Position numbers and translations under genes: made by a program. This document shows positions 24,808 to 37,697 of a stretch of DNA of 48,391 nt, one piece after another. The notes under the pieces were generated by a model that was not told the DNA's origin, did no database searches, and saw nothing but the letters and a program-made list of their open reading frames with translations. Position 1 is the first letter of the stretch; every line of letters starts with the position of its first letter. Source of the stretch: Octopus bimaculoides (Eukaryota); contig NC_069002.1 in assembly GCF_001194135.2 (NCBI RefSeq), positions 28,439,372 through 28,487,762 of the forward strand. Direction: 5' to 3'.

Positions 24808-24993
24808 NNNNNNNNNNNNNNNNNNNNNNNNNNNNATATATATATATATATATATATATACACGACAGGCTTCTTTCAGTTTCTGTCTACCAAATCCACT
24901 CACAAGGCTTTGGTCGGCCCGAGGCTATAGTATAAGACACTTGCCCAAAGTACCACGCAGTGGGAATGAACCCGGAACCATGTGGTTGGTAAA
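24555..24993 (-). mobile_element. SINE-B, near full length
   Basis: Tail, (CA)n/(TA)n tract with a 28-N gap, and head to ccatgtggttggtaa. Confidence 0.88.
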
Positions 24994-24994
24994 C

Positions 24995-25195
24995 ATTTTG
25001 ACAGAAGTTCAGCAATTTTAGGAGGGGGAAGATTAGTCGATTACATTAAATCAAGTTCTTTATTTTATCGACCTCTAAAGAGTGAAAGGCAAAGTTGACC
25101 ACGACAGGGTTTGAACACAGAACTTGAAGAACGGGAACAAATGGTGCAAGCGGATTTTTTCCCAACGCTCTAGCGATTCTGTCAGCTCACCGGCA
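24995..25195 (-). mobile_element. SINE-A, diverged
   Basis: tgaaaggcaaagttgacc..tttgaacacagaac..gattctgtcagctcacc. Confidence 0.7.
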
Positions 25196-26042
25196 TAAAA
25201 TGCTTTAACGTAACTTTATTATTTTAACATTTAAAACTTTCATGGTGTAATTTTGTAGAACTAGCCAAAGTACTCAAAGATCAAACTTGTCAAGTCATAA
25301 ATACATAAGTAAATAAATAGAGAAACAAAACAGCACTGTTTGAAGGTCACTGAATTTCTTGCGTGATGCCTCCGTTGATTTAACGTCCACCTTTAAAAGT
25401 AGTCACCCATTTGTCTTTCTTTCGTGATTCTTCAGAACGAAAATATCCTAGTTCACAACAAAATACACATCTTGTGAAAATTAAGGAATTCCTGTTATTA
25501 CCAGTTTCCTTTAATATCAGCTATTCCAGCCAGATGTTTGGCACAGATCTTACTCTGCTCTGACCTACTTACGTGGGCGTAATTTGGTATGTTAATGGAC
25601 GCACAGGTAGCGTTAATGTGTAACGTGTGGACTATTTCACACTTACATACACTCTGATTGCAGTTACAGTCAATTATTTAACAATTTACTGGTGTCCCTT
25701 GATATCTTGAATTAAAAACAAAATATTCAATTTACAATTAAAATATGTTTTTATTTTTTCTCTTTAATCTATTTTGCTTCACTTTTCCTGGCTGACTGAT
25801 AATTATGTTGAGTTCACTGGCGTTCAGAATATTTTCTCTAATTTATTTGAGGCCTTGAACTTTGGCATTATTAACGCCTCTACCTTGATCTATATCTAAT
25901 CTGCTTTAGCAGTAAAATTAGAGAAAAGTCCTATCAAGTCGAGAAACTGACATCGTTTCAATTTCCGGTTACATTTTACTACTTCCTTTTCACCACGGAT
26001 ACCCGCTAGAGAAGGAAAAAAACCCCAACAAAAATGAACATG

Positions 26043-26335
26043 AACAAGTGTCTTCTACTATAAGTTCGGGCCGACCAAAACCTTGTGAGGGTGTTCGTTA
26101 GACGGAAACTGAAAGAAGTCCGTCGTATGTATATAATCCATGCGTTTGTGTTTGTTTGTCCCTCACTACCGCTTGACAATCAGTGTTGGTGTGTTTACGT
26201 CACCGTAACTTAGAAGTTCAGCGAAAGACACCGATAGAATAAGTTTCCAGACTTAAAAAAAATATGTACTTGAGTCGATTCATTCAAATAAGAATTCCTC
26301 AAGGCGGTGCTCAAGCATGGCCGCAGTCTGACTAG
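26043..26335 (+). mobile_element. SINE-B, 5'-truncated, with almost no internal microsatellite
   Basis: caagtgtcttctactata..gacggaaactgaaagaag..aaggcggtgctcaagcatggccgcagtc. Confidence 0.8.
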
Positions 26336-28224
26336 AAAGGATTACCAATTTATATATGGCTTTGTTNNNNNNNNNNNNNNNNNNNNNNNNNNNNNNNNNN
26401 NNNNNNNNNNNNNNNNNNNNNNNNNNNNNNNNNNNNNNNNNNNNNNNNNNNNNNNNNNNNNNNNNNNNNNNNNNNNNNNNNNNNNNNNNNNNNNNNNNNN
26501 NNNNNNNNNNNNNNNNNNNNNNNNNNNNNNNNNNNNNNNNNNNNNNNNNNNNNNNNNNNNNNNNNNNNNNNNNNNNNNNNNNNNNNNNNNNNNNNNNNNN
26601 NNNNNNNNNNNNNNNNNNNNNNNNNNNNNNNNNNNNNNNNNNNNNNNNNNNNNNNNNNNNNNNNNNNNNNNNNNNNNNNNNNNNNNNNNNNNNNNNNNNN
26701 NNNNNNNNNNNNNNNNNNNNNNNNNNNNNNNNNNNNNNNNNNNNNNNNNNNNNNNNNNNNNNNNNNNNNNNNNNNNNNNNNNNNNNNNNNNNNNNNNNNN
26801 NNNNNNNNNNNNNNNNNNNNNNNNNNNNNNNNNNNNNNNNNNNNNNNNNNNNNNNNNNNNNNNNNNNNNNNNNNNNNNNNNNNNNNNNNNNNNNNNNNNN
26901 NNNNNNNNNNNNNNNNNNNNNNNNNNNNNNNNNNNNNNNNNNNNNNNNNNNNNNNNNNNNNNNNNNNNNNNNNNNNNNNNNNNNNNNNNNNNNNNNNNNN
27001 NNNNNNNNNNNNNNNNNNNNNNNNNNNNNNNNNNNNNNNNNNNNNNNNNNNNNNNNNNNNNNNNNNNNNNNNNNNNNNNNNNNNNNNNNNNNNNNNNNNN
27101 NNNNNNNNNNNNNNNNNNNNNNNNNNNNNNNNNNNNNNNNNNNNNNNNNNNNNNNNNNNNNNNNNNNNNNNNNNNNNNNNNNNNNNNNNNNNNNNNNNNN
27201 NNNNNNNNNNNNNNNNNNNNNNNNNNNNNNNNNNNNNNNNNNNNNNNNNNNNNNNNNNNNNNNNNNNNNNNNNNNNNNNNNNNNNNNNNNNNNNNNNAAT
27301 GTGTTCTAATTTGAGTACAAGGCTAGCAGTTTTGAAAGGGAGAAATTGAGTCCTTCCTTCCCGGCACTTGACAAGAAACTCAGCGCAAATCATCATCCCC
27401 GCCTTCAGGAAATTACTTTTTCTTTATTTTAACCTAAAGGAACGAAGTACCTGATCGAATTGACTCCAATATAACGTTTGAACAATGAGAGCTAACGATT
27501 ACGAAAGTTTCCCTAACGAAGTCTAATAATTTTGTAATATATCCGGAGTTATCGTTCTTACTACTAAAGCTCCACTTCACTTCCTATAGCACTTTATACT
27601 AAATTAGCTTTAGTATATATTCCTGCTTCCGTTGTGTACAATTAATCATTTCAATAATGACCTCATCGCTAATGGTGTAATTTTAATCAATTAACTATTC
27701 TTGTTTTCTCTGCAACAAGTATCTTAACAGCCACTTCATTTATAATTCATAGTTGAGAGACAAAACAGAGTTTTAATGCATTGAGTCAGTCGCTGCAATG
27801 TCTTGGTTGTTTCTTAATAAATATACAGCCTTCTATGTTTATATTACACTTTCATATTTTACTCCAACTCTCTTGTAGAGTCAGCCATTTTGAGACAATA
27901 AGTGTCCTCATGTTTCAGGCTGATACACCTACTTCAAATATTCTATAGATAGACGTTATGAAAACTGCTAAGCACTTATTAGATGACTGACTATTTGACG
28001 TTAACTGTTGTGTTTGTTAGGTCAAGCTTTTGAACTATTCAAGTAGTCATCTGATTGATATAGTATTTGGTTCATGTCTGAACAAATTTAGACAATAGCA
28101 TTATGTGTGTGCGTGAGATAGAGAAGTAGAAAGAGAAGTAAACAATAGATATAGAGATAGATAGATAGGCTGCAAGATACAGCCATGATGAAGACGACAA
28201 CGCCGAAGTGAATGACAATTTCCA

Positions 28225-28527
28225 GGCGTTGGCCTGAGGGAAGAAGTTCGCTTCTCAACCACATGGCTCCAAGCTCAGTGGCACCTTGGCAAATCTTCTA
28301 TAGCTCCCAGCTCCCAGGCCGCCGAGGAAAGTCTTGTGAGCGGATTTGGTAGACGGAAACTAGAACGATCCCGTCGTATATATATATAAATATATATATA
28401 AATATATATATAAATATATATAAATATATATATAAATATATATATAAATATATATAAATATATACATATATATATAAATATATATATAAATAAATAAAAA
28501 AATATATATATAAATATATATATAAAT

Positions 28528-28566
<39 letters not shown>
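28225..28566 (+). mobile_element. SINE-B 5' half with an expanded (TATATATAAA)n-like tract
   Basis: Head, then ggatttggtagacggaaact, then an AT tract from ~28376 into a gap. Confidence 0.75.
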
Positions 28567-29428
28567 NNNNNNNNNNNNNNNNNNNNNNNNNNNNNNNNNN
28601 NNNNNNNNNNNNNNNNNNNNNNNNNNNNNNNNNNNNNNNNNNNNNNNNNNNNNNNNNNNNNNNNNNNNNNNNNNNNNNNNNNNNNNNNNNNNNNNNNNNN
28701 NNNNNNNNNNNNNNNNNNNNNNNNNNNNNNNNNNNNNNNNNNNNNNNNNNNNNNNNNNNNNNNNNNNNNNNNNNNNNNNNNNNNNNNNNNNNNNNNNNNN
28801 NNNNNNNNNNNNNNNNNNNNNNNNNNNNNNNNNNNNNNNNNNNNNNNNNNNNNNNNNNNNNNNNNNNNNNNNNNNNNNNNNNNNNNNNNNNNNNNNNNNN
28901 NNNNNNNNNNNNNNNNNNNNNNNNNNNNNNNNNNNNNNNNNNNNNNNNNNNNNNNNNNNNNNNNNNNNNNNNNNNNNNNNNNNNNNNNNNNNNNNNNNNN
29001 NNNNNNNNNNNNNNNNNNNNNNNNNNNNNNNNNNNNNNNNNNNNNNNNNNNNNNNNNNNNNNNNNNNNNNNNNNNNNNNNNNNNNNNNNNNNNNNNNNNN
29101 NNNNNNNNNNNNNNNNNNNNNNNNNNNNNNNNNNNNNNNNNNNNNNNNNNNNNNNNNNNNNNNNNNNNNNNNNNNNNNNNNNNNNNNNNNNTATTTATTC
29201 ATATTTATTTATTTATATATATATATTTATATATATTTTTTATTTATATATAATTATTTAAATATATTTATTTATTTATATATATTTATTTATATGTATA
29301 TATATTTATATATATTTATTTATATATATATATATATATTTATTTATCTCTATATTTATTTATATATATATATTTATATATATATATATATATATATTTA
29401 TGTATATTTATTTATATATATTTATTTA

Positions 29429-29636
29429 TACTTTTACTCTTTTACTTGTTTCAGTCATTTTACTACGGCTATGCTGGAGCACCACCTGTAGTCGAGCAAA
29501 TCGACCCCGGGACTTATTCCTTGTAAGCCTCGTACTTATTCTATCGTTCTCTTTTGACGAACCGCTAAGTTACGGGGACATAAACACACCAGCATTGGTT
29601 GTCAAGCAATGCTAGGGGACAAACACACACACAAAC

Positions 29637-29709
<73 letters not shown>

Positions 29710-29875
29710 TACAAAGGGTTTCTTTCAGTTTCCGTCTATCAAATCCACTCACAAGGCTATGGTCGGCCCGAGGCTATAGTAGAACACACTTGCCCAAGAA
29801 GCCACGCAGTGGGATTAAACCCGGAAGCATGTGGTTGGTAAGCAGGCTACTTACCACACAGCCACTCCTGCGCCA
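29429..29875 (-). mobile_element. SINE-B, full length
   Basis: From terminal tacttttactcttttac to the head end cagccactcctgcgcc. Confidence 0.9.
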
Positions 29876-30129
29876 ATNNNNNNNNNNNNNNNNNNNNNNN
29901 NNNNNNNNNNNNNNNNNNNNNNNNNNNNNNNNNNNNNNNNNNNNNNNNNNNNNNNNNNNNNNNNNNNNNNNNNNNNNAAAAAAAAAAAAAAAAGATATAT
30001 AGTAATATATATAGAATACTCCTGTAGATCCTTGATTTATTATTTTTCTTGAGTGTAACCCTCCTTGAAGGGTTCTAGTTGAACAAATTCCCCTCCTCAT
30101 CTCCCGCAATGCTTATTTTTTGTCGTCTG

Positions 30130-30400
30130 GTACTAAACCTACCAGGCTCTCTTTGCCGAACTGCTTACTCACAGAAACGTAAATAAACCAACACCGGTTG
30201 TCAAACAGTGGTAATGATGAGTAAATACAAATCTAAATACATACATATGTACGTATGTATTGAGCGTGCGTGTGAACCAAATTCACTGACCAAACGTTGA
30301 CTGACCCAGGTTATCATAGAAGGCACTTGTCCAAGATGCTGCAGGTCAGACTGAACCTGAAACCACGTGATTGGAAAACTAACTTCTTAACCATACACAA
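30130..30400 (-). mobile_element. SINE-B, old
   Basis: ctctttgccgaactg..caacaccggttgtcaa..aaggcacttgtccaag..cttcttaaccatac. Confidence 0.65.
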
Positions 30401-30599
30401 CCATCCTTGCAGCCATTTTATATCATTCCATGGGCAATATAAAGAGATTTCAGTAAATTTCTGCATAACTCAGTAATTTTGGCAAAGTAAAAATAGAATG
30501 ACTTAAATGTTTGGTGAGTGCGATATTTTGCTTATAACTTAATAAAATATATTTATAATACACAAGGCACAAGTCCAGGCAAGGTTGTAAATGGAAGAC

Positions 30600-30797
30600 C
30601 AGCAGCCGCTGATGCAAACGAGCCTTCCTTCTCATTGCCACCAGTGATGTTGCAACTCATTACTACAGATGAGTTAATTGGAGTAACGTGAAATAAAGTG
30701 TCTTGCTCAAGAACACAATACACAGTCCGGTCTGGGAATCGAACTCATTACTTCAAGATTGTAAGTCTGACTCTCTATTCACTGAGCCATTCGCCTT
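30600..30797 (-). mobile_element. SINE-D (tRNA-like head plus CORE-like ttgtgttcttgagcaagacacttta)
   Basis: Minus: ggcgaatggctcagtg..gagttcgattcccagaccgg..ttgtgttcttgagcaagacactttatttcacgtt. Confidence 0.7.
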
Positions 30798-30929
30798 AAT
30801 AGTATCTTCAACTGATTTATATCAGCCTATCATTTTGTACACAAATGCACGCGCGTGTGTGGCCAGTGGCTAATGTAAACGCGGCAACAGTACGGTCTTT
30901 CCACGCACACGTCCATTTCCTTGTTTCAG

Positions 30930-31113
30930 TAATTAGGCCGTGGCCATGCTGGGGCACTCCTCTTGAATTTTTAGTCGAATGAATCAACCCGAGGACTTAT
31001 TTTTTTATAAAGCTTGGTACTTATTCCTTTCGTTCTCTTTTATCGAACCGCAAAGTTACGGGGACGTAAACACACCAACACCGGTTGTCAAGCGGTGGTG
31101 ATGGACAAGCACA

Positions 31114-31168
<55 letters not shown>
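30930..31168 (-). mobile_element. SINE-B 3' half running into a gap
   Basis: ggccatgctggggcac..gttacggggacgtaaacacaccaacaccggttgtcaagcgg, then (CA)n. Confidence 0.8.
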
Positions 31169-31994
31169 NNNNNNNNNNNNNNNNNNNNNNNNNNNNNNNN
31201 NNNNNNNNNNNNNNNNNNNNNNNNNNNNNNNNNNNNNNNNNNNNNNNNNNNNNNNNNNNNNNNNNNNNNNNNNNNNNNNNNNNNNNNNNNNNNNNNNNNN
31301 NNNNNNNNNNNNNNNNNNNNNNNNNNNNNNNNNNNNNNNNNNNNNNNNNNNNNNNNNNNNNNNNNNNNNNNNNNNNNNNNNNNNNNNNNNNNNNNNNNNN
31401 NNNNNNNNNNNNNNNNNNNNNNNNNNNNTGTCTCATTATAGGTTATCGGTTTCTCATTATTATTTGTAGAAGCTGCAAATGAGATTCTTTAAATGATTCC
31501 ATCAGTAGAGATTTCACAGAAAGTATAACCGTGTGAAACGTGTTAACAGAAGCTCTGTTAACTTCGTTATTGGGAAGATTTTATCAGTAAAAGATGTTGG
31601 AAGATGCAATTAGAATTTGATTTTATTTGTGTTTTATAAATTGTAGAACGGTGTAAGCTAATAAACTAATTTGCACAGCATAATCCTCAGCATTTATTCT
31701 GATATCGTAATTAGTAAAAAAAAAAAAAAGTATTAAATAAGGGAAATAACTCGAGTGTACCAATGGCATTTGCTTGGATAAGTGGGAACCATTATGTACT
31801 GAAAGCCTTTAAAAAGCACTTTTCCGTCGGTTGCAATTTCCTTCTTAGTTTGAAGATGTTTAACAGAGGTCAACATACAACCACCACTACTATTGCTACT
31901 ACTACTACTAATAATAATGTTTGTAGATGTTTTCTTTGTCTACAAATAAAACTTAGACTTCCTCTTAAACGAATGAAGATATAAAGGTCAATTA

Positions 31995-32400
31995 TGTGCT
32001 TTAGACTTTGGACTACGGTCATGCTGGGGCATCACCTGAAGAGTTTAGTTGATGAAATCAACCCCAGCGTTTTATTTTTTAAACGTTTGTTACTTATTCT
32101 CACGGTCACTTTCGCCGTACCGCTAACCAAGGGGAATGTAAACAAACCGACACCGGTTGTCAAGCGGTGGTACAAGGAACAAAAACCTCAAGGAGAAACA
32201 CATATGCAATAAATAAATAAATACAAACACACACACACACAATAAGCTTCTACACAATTTCCGTCCACCAAATTCACTCACAAAGCACTGCTCAGCCTGT
32301 GGCTATAGTAAAAGACACTTACTGAAAGTGCCACGCGGTGGGACTGAACACGGAACCATGCGCTTGGGAAGCAAACTTCTTACCACACAGCCATGCGCAT
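31995..32400 (-). mobile_element. SINE-B, full length and diverged
   Basis: gactacggtcatgctggggcatc to cttcttaccacacagccatgcgc. Confidence 0.8.
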
Positions 32401-34305
32401 CGCTAGGTTTTTGTTTACTTTCCCAAATGTTTATCTTTTAGTGAAGAAGAAAGTGCAGTGACCCTGACCTTCCATGTATTCAAGACAGACAGAAGGGAAG
32501 GTAGCTTCGAGTCGGAGACTTGACTAGAATGCTTATAACGGTGCACTTGGCTGAAGGCGTCCAATTTGCCATGCACTGATATTAAAACCGGACGATGGAT
32601 TTAATATACTGCTGAAAGACTAAGTCATAAGTCTCAATTTAATGAGGATTATCCGCTCACATCATTCCGTGGCTTATGTCTTAACTTAGATATAAGACCG
32701 CTTTGATTGATGTTTCTAATGTAGTGGAACGTAAACTTCTCTATGGGCGGTGGAAATGAAAAAGGTTTCCCAAACAGAGATTCATCATCGGTGAAGCAAG
32801 CTTATTTTACTTGTAATAAGATACTTTTACCTTGAAAAATATTTATTCTAAACGCCATTTTTAGCAAGCATCTCCCAAATTCCTTGTTTTTATGATGTCT
32901 AGCAGACACATTTTACTCTCCCCCTCTCTGCAACTGTTTCCCTTCAAATGTTTTATTTTTTGTTAAATATAGAATTGTCTCTTGTTTCATGTGAGAATTG
33001 CTTTTCTCCTTTTTTTATTTTATGCAAACATTTTTGCTTTTGTAAATAGTACCCATTCCTTATGAAAAATACCTAGGGACGTCATCATCATAAAACTAAG
33101 ACAGCTGTGTGTACTGGAGAATATTTAACGACTAAAGATTTGAATGTGTGATAACATTCTGGGCAAGGCATTAAACTACATCAGGTTTTGAGGGTCTAGT
33201 CCGGGAGTGTATGGGTTTTGGAGTAGATGGAGCTACTCCTTACTCAGTACCATTCCCAGGCCCACTTTGACCCAGGGTGGTAGCACTGTCAAGAGCACCA
33301 GTTATGGGTCAAATAGATGCTGGATTCGGAGGGTGAGAGAATGGTCCCTAAACTTGTCACACAAACCAACTAGTGTGTGAACATGTTTTGATGTGAAGTG
33401 AACCAATCCCTTTACCTAAAGGTCAAATAAGTTCTGTACCCCAAGAGTAAACTTAGAAGAGGAGAATAGCAGAGCAGAGTAAACTGTAAATAAACCGGCA
33501 AGATACAACAGAAAACCGCCATTTTATCTTTCCAAGGAAAATTTATGGCGCTTCAGATTTTGTCATGGAGGACCATGATCACCGATGCCTGCAAAACAGG
33601 GAAGGCACATTGGAGACAGAGAGACACACACTTGGGAGGGAGGGAGAGAGAGAGAGAGATACACATAGGGAGAGAGAGAGAGAGAGAGATAGAGGTGGGA
33701 GAGAGATNNNNNNNNNNNNNNNNNNNNNNNNNNNNNNNNNNNNNNNNNNNNNNNNNNNNNNNNNNNNNNNCACATTGGAGACAGAGAGACACACACTTGG
33801 GAGGGAGGGAGAGAGAGAGAGAGATACACATAGGGAGAGAGAGAGAGAGAGAGATAGAGGTGGGAGAGAGATGTAGTAAAAGGAAAACAATATTTTCTTG
33901 GCGATTAATACCATTTTCACTAATCACTTTTGAATTCTAATTATGTTGCTTTTATCGCTATTTGTTTTCTTCCATCCTCAAAACCACATCAAATACAGTT
34001 CTTCATCTCTTTGAGGTCAACCATGTATATCTGGCGTAACAATAAACCAAACTGAGAAGTAGTTCAATGCTGTGTGATGAAAGAACAATGTTCGAACTAT
34101 TTTTTTCTGTTTCTATGGTCTATTATGCCTTATATCTCAACTACATTTCGCTCAAATCCGTTCTGTTGCCACACTTTGCTTCGAATAATCATTAATATAT
34201 CTGCAACTACTTCATTTGTTTCGACTTTTGTGAAAATTACGTGAAGTGTAAAAAAAGAAAGGGCGCGGAGGGGACCTAATTTTTACTTCCCTATGAATGC
34301 TATGT

Positions 34306-34545
34306 GGAGGCGCGTGGCGAAGTCGCTAGGGTGTTTGCATTCACGATCACAAACTCGTAGTTTTAATTCCTGAACTGGGCTGTACATTGTGTTTTTGAGC
34401 GAAATACTTAATGATATTTGGCTCCAATCCACTCGGCTGTAAATGCGGAACCTGGCGGCAGACTGACGTTTCGTTCAGGAGAAACATTGTGATCCCAGTG
34501 AGTTATACGACACAGAAACCGAATAGCCAACCCTAAGATTTCAAG
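34306..34545 (+). mobile_element. SINE-D, old
   Basis: ggaggcgcgtggcgaagtcgctaggg..ttgtgtttttgagcgaaatactt..gctccaatccactcggctgtaaatg. Confidence 0.65.
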
Positions 34546-35230
34546 GAGTCAAGACTGTAAGATCCAAGGAACTTACATCCTTTTTTTTTTTAATGTGAAT
34601 ACTGTGTTACAGCTAAAGACAAAAGAAGCCAAAAATATTTGAATTAGTGACGCAGCGTTAGCACACTATAGATACAGTCGAGAATCTGTAAAAGAATGAG
34701 AGCTAATGGCTTTACCTAAAACTATAATTCTATATCTGCAATATTTATAATAATATGTAATTTGTTGTTATATCTGCGTTGCGCCATAAAAATGTTAGGA
34801 GAGTGGCGAGGGTATGGAATCCGCTGAAACTACTGTATATGTACGCAATTGTTAGAGATTTTATCAACTTTAGAGCGCTGAATAGCAAAGTCGATGCTGT
34901 GAGATTTAAATAATGAATTGAAAAGAGAAACGAAATAACAAAGTATTTAATATTCTACTATGTTATTCCTGACATTCTCTCACCTTTCCAAATATTTATG
35001 AGACTAGTCGAAGATATGAATTTAACGAAGAGCTGACAGAAATACTAAAGCGCCGCACTAAATGCCTTGCAGTTTGGTTAGTTTCTTTTAAATGAATGTT
35101 AAAGTCGAACCAAGTAGAGAGTGTGATGGTGGTAAGGGGTTCAATAAAGTAAGTGTCAGTTATGTTTTAGGGGTAGATGTAGAACCTTAGAAAATTAACT
35201 TTAGGGCTCAATCAGAAATCATAATTAAAT

Positions 35231-35393
35231 GGTACAGTGGCTGTGTGGCAAGAAACTTGCTTCCCAACTACATGGTTCCAGGTTCAATCCCACTGTGTGG
35301 CACCCTGGGCAAGTGTCTTCTACTACAGCTCAGCCCTGGGCCGACCAAAGACTTGTGAGTGGATTTAGTAGACGGAAACTGAGAGAAGCCTGT

Positions 35394-35476
<83 letters not shown>

Positions 35477-35671
35477 TTGTTTATACCACCACCGCTTGAC
35501 AGCCGGTGCTGGTTTGTTTACGTCCCCATAATTTAGCGGTTCGGCAAAAGAGACCTATAGAATAAGTACCTGACAGAATAAAAGTGTTGGAAGTCCATTC
35601 ATTTGACTAAAACTCTACAAGGCAGTGTCCCCAGCACGGTCGCAGTCTGGTGACTCAATCAAGTAAAAGAT
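35231..35671 (+). mobile_element. SINE-B, full length
   Basis: gtggctgtgtggcaagaaacttgcttcccaac.., (TA)n(TG)n, ..aagtaaaagat. Confidence 0.85.
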
Positions 35672-35672
35672 G

Positions 35673-35710
<38 letters not shown>

Positions 35711-35712
<2 letters not shown>

Positions 35713-36062
35713 GAGCACTCAGAGAGCGCAAACCTCCGCTAAGGCAACACCAGCGTCCTCTCAACAATTAACCAGAGATTATTTTAAAAATGAGAATATC
35801 TGAAATAAACTCGACTGCTCTCACAAACAAGAATGAACCTGACCACTCAAAAATTAAGTTAAAAAATGGAAAAATAATCCAGAATCCTTGTCCGGTACCA
35901 GATCGATCCCAAAATCTAATCAGTTCGTGCCAGTCACAAGGCCAAACATCCTTGAAAGTTTCATCTGAATCCATCCAGAGGTTCTTGAGATATCTTATCC
36001 ACGGATAAACAAACAAACAAACACGACTGAAAACAATACCTCCACGAAGGCGGAGGTAATAA
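35711..36062 (-). mobile_element. Helentron-associated non-autonomous element (HINE/DINE-1-like)
   Basis: On minus: 5' ttattacctccgccttcgtggaggt (subterminal IR within a palindrome, plus-strand hairpin 36038-36057), then a (GTTT)n tract. 3' subterminal IR gcggaggt (35732-35739), 3' hairpin gcgct-ctctg-agtgc, then (TAT)n. This is the described HINE layout. Confidence 0.7.
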
Positions 36063-36904
36063 AAACCATAATCGCCACGAAATCTTTTAGCGGAAATTCG
36101 TGATTTCTATCTCTCTCGTACAAACTTACACATGTTCGTGTATCTACGTAGAGAGACAGAAATACTAACACGTTACATGTATGATATTTCAAACATCAAA
36201 CAAATACTCATTAAATAACAGGCAGTAAGCAAACGGACACAATTTTATAAAGTCTCAAATTAAAAAACGAATTAAAAGCTGATATAACTTCATAAGGATA
36301 TTCTTCAGGTAATAGAAATTGTCTAGTGTAAAAGTTATTACTAAAAACATATAATTAAGTCGTAGCTAAAATGTGAAATTACCTGATTGTCAAAATACCT
36401 ATGTTTTTGTATTTATTTGTTCGTCTAGTAAACTGACTTCTGTTTCATCTAGAGACATTCAAATAACATTCACAGTTTCACTTCAACTGTTCCATTAGTT
36501 AGTGGTCATGTTAGTAGACAATTCTTGGAGAATAATACACTGCAATTAATAGACAGTTCGGAAATAGTTTAAAATACAGTATTGTTGTAGAGATAAAATT
36601 GAAACCGCTACTCAAACAATGGCCTGCCATCTGATGTTCTCTCCAATATCCAGCACGTCTCCTGTATTTGCTATCTGAATCTACATCTCTATAAATCATT
36701 GCATTTTAGATATAACCACATTACTCTTATCTTACCGATAATTCTATTTATTTAACTCTTCGTCAAAGCCATTGAACCAGTATGTAGCACAGTGATTAAG
36801 ATGTTGTTATGCAACTACGTGGTTCTGAGTTCGATACCATTGCGTGGCTATAGAGTCACGTGGACAAATACTTTAGGAGTAGAATGTCATAGAAACTATA
36901 TAAA

Positions 36905-37110
36905 AACGGTGCCGAACTGGCAGAATCGTTAACAAGTCGGCCAAAAAAATGCATAATTGCATTTCTTCTACTTCTTTAAGTTCTAAGTTCAAATCCCAAT
37001 GAAGTCAGCTCAGCATTTCAACCTTTCAGGACCCGCAAAATAAAATACCGGTGAAGTACTGAGTCGATTTAATCGACTTTTGCCTCCCTATCAAAGACTG
37101 CTGGCCATGA
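36905..37110 (+). mobile_element. SINE-A, old
   Basis: ctggcagaatcgttaac..aagttcaaatccc..gagtcgatttaatcgactt. Confidence 0.65.
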
Positions 37111-37449
37111 ACCCCCTGCAACCGACGGGCGTCCCGTTTAGTGGAATGTTGGGATCTCGGCTACCCAATGTTTCCTAGTTCGCAGATCCTCTGATGTAAT
37201 AATTACTCGACGAAGGATACTCACCTAGCTACTCCCCAGACCGAAGATACCTTAATTATATGAAGGTTATATTGTCGTTAAGGAATCCCAATTTAACTCA
37301 CGGGAGAGAGAATTTCAAATCATAATTACATATCTATCTATCCTTTTCTCATATATATATATATATATTAATATATATTGTATATGGTTTGGTCAATGAT
37401 ACATTAAGGAGCTGTTTTTATGAGTACTACCGGGTTACTTGAAACCATA

Positions 37450-37589
37450 TACTCTGACAAATGTGTGTGTGTATGTATGTATATATGTGTGTGTGTATGT
37501 ATATATATGTGTGTATATATGTGTATATATATTTGTGTGTGTATATATATATATATGTATTTGTATATGTATGTGTCTATGTGTGTGTG

Positions 37590-37624
<35 letters not shown>

Positions 37625-37659
37625 ATATATGTGTGTGTGTGTGTGTATATATGTGTGTG

Positions 37660-37690
<31 letters not shown>

Positions 37691-37697
37691 ACACACA
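37450..37697. repeat. Compound (TG)/(TA) microsatellite
   Basis: Direct inspection. Similar tracts occur at 1-120, 1157-1220, 2441-2495, 12770-13010, 29192-29430, 38626-38730 and 47284-47356. Confidence 0.95.

Noticed and set aside
25521-25586. Candidate 66-nt cassette exon (tttcctttaatatcag acceptor, gtatgt donor; LFQPDVWHRSYSALTYLRGRNL)
   Set aside because: The open frame is phase 0/0, so it cannot directly precede the phase-1 acceptor at 39914. No family resemblance, and such sites occur by chance in 40 kb.
33606-33872. Identical 102-bp direct repeat (33606-33707 and 33771-33872) and the RE-rich ORFs over it
   Set aside because: The copies end and begin exactly at the edges of a 63-N gap, the typical false duplication from unmerged contig overlap. 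The ORFs are (GA)n translations.
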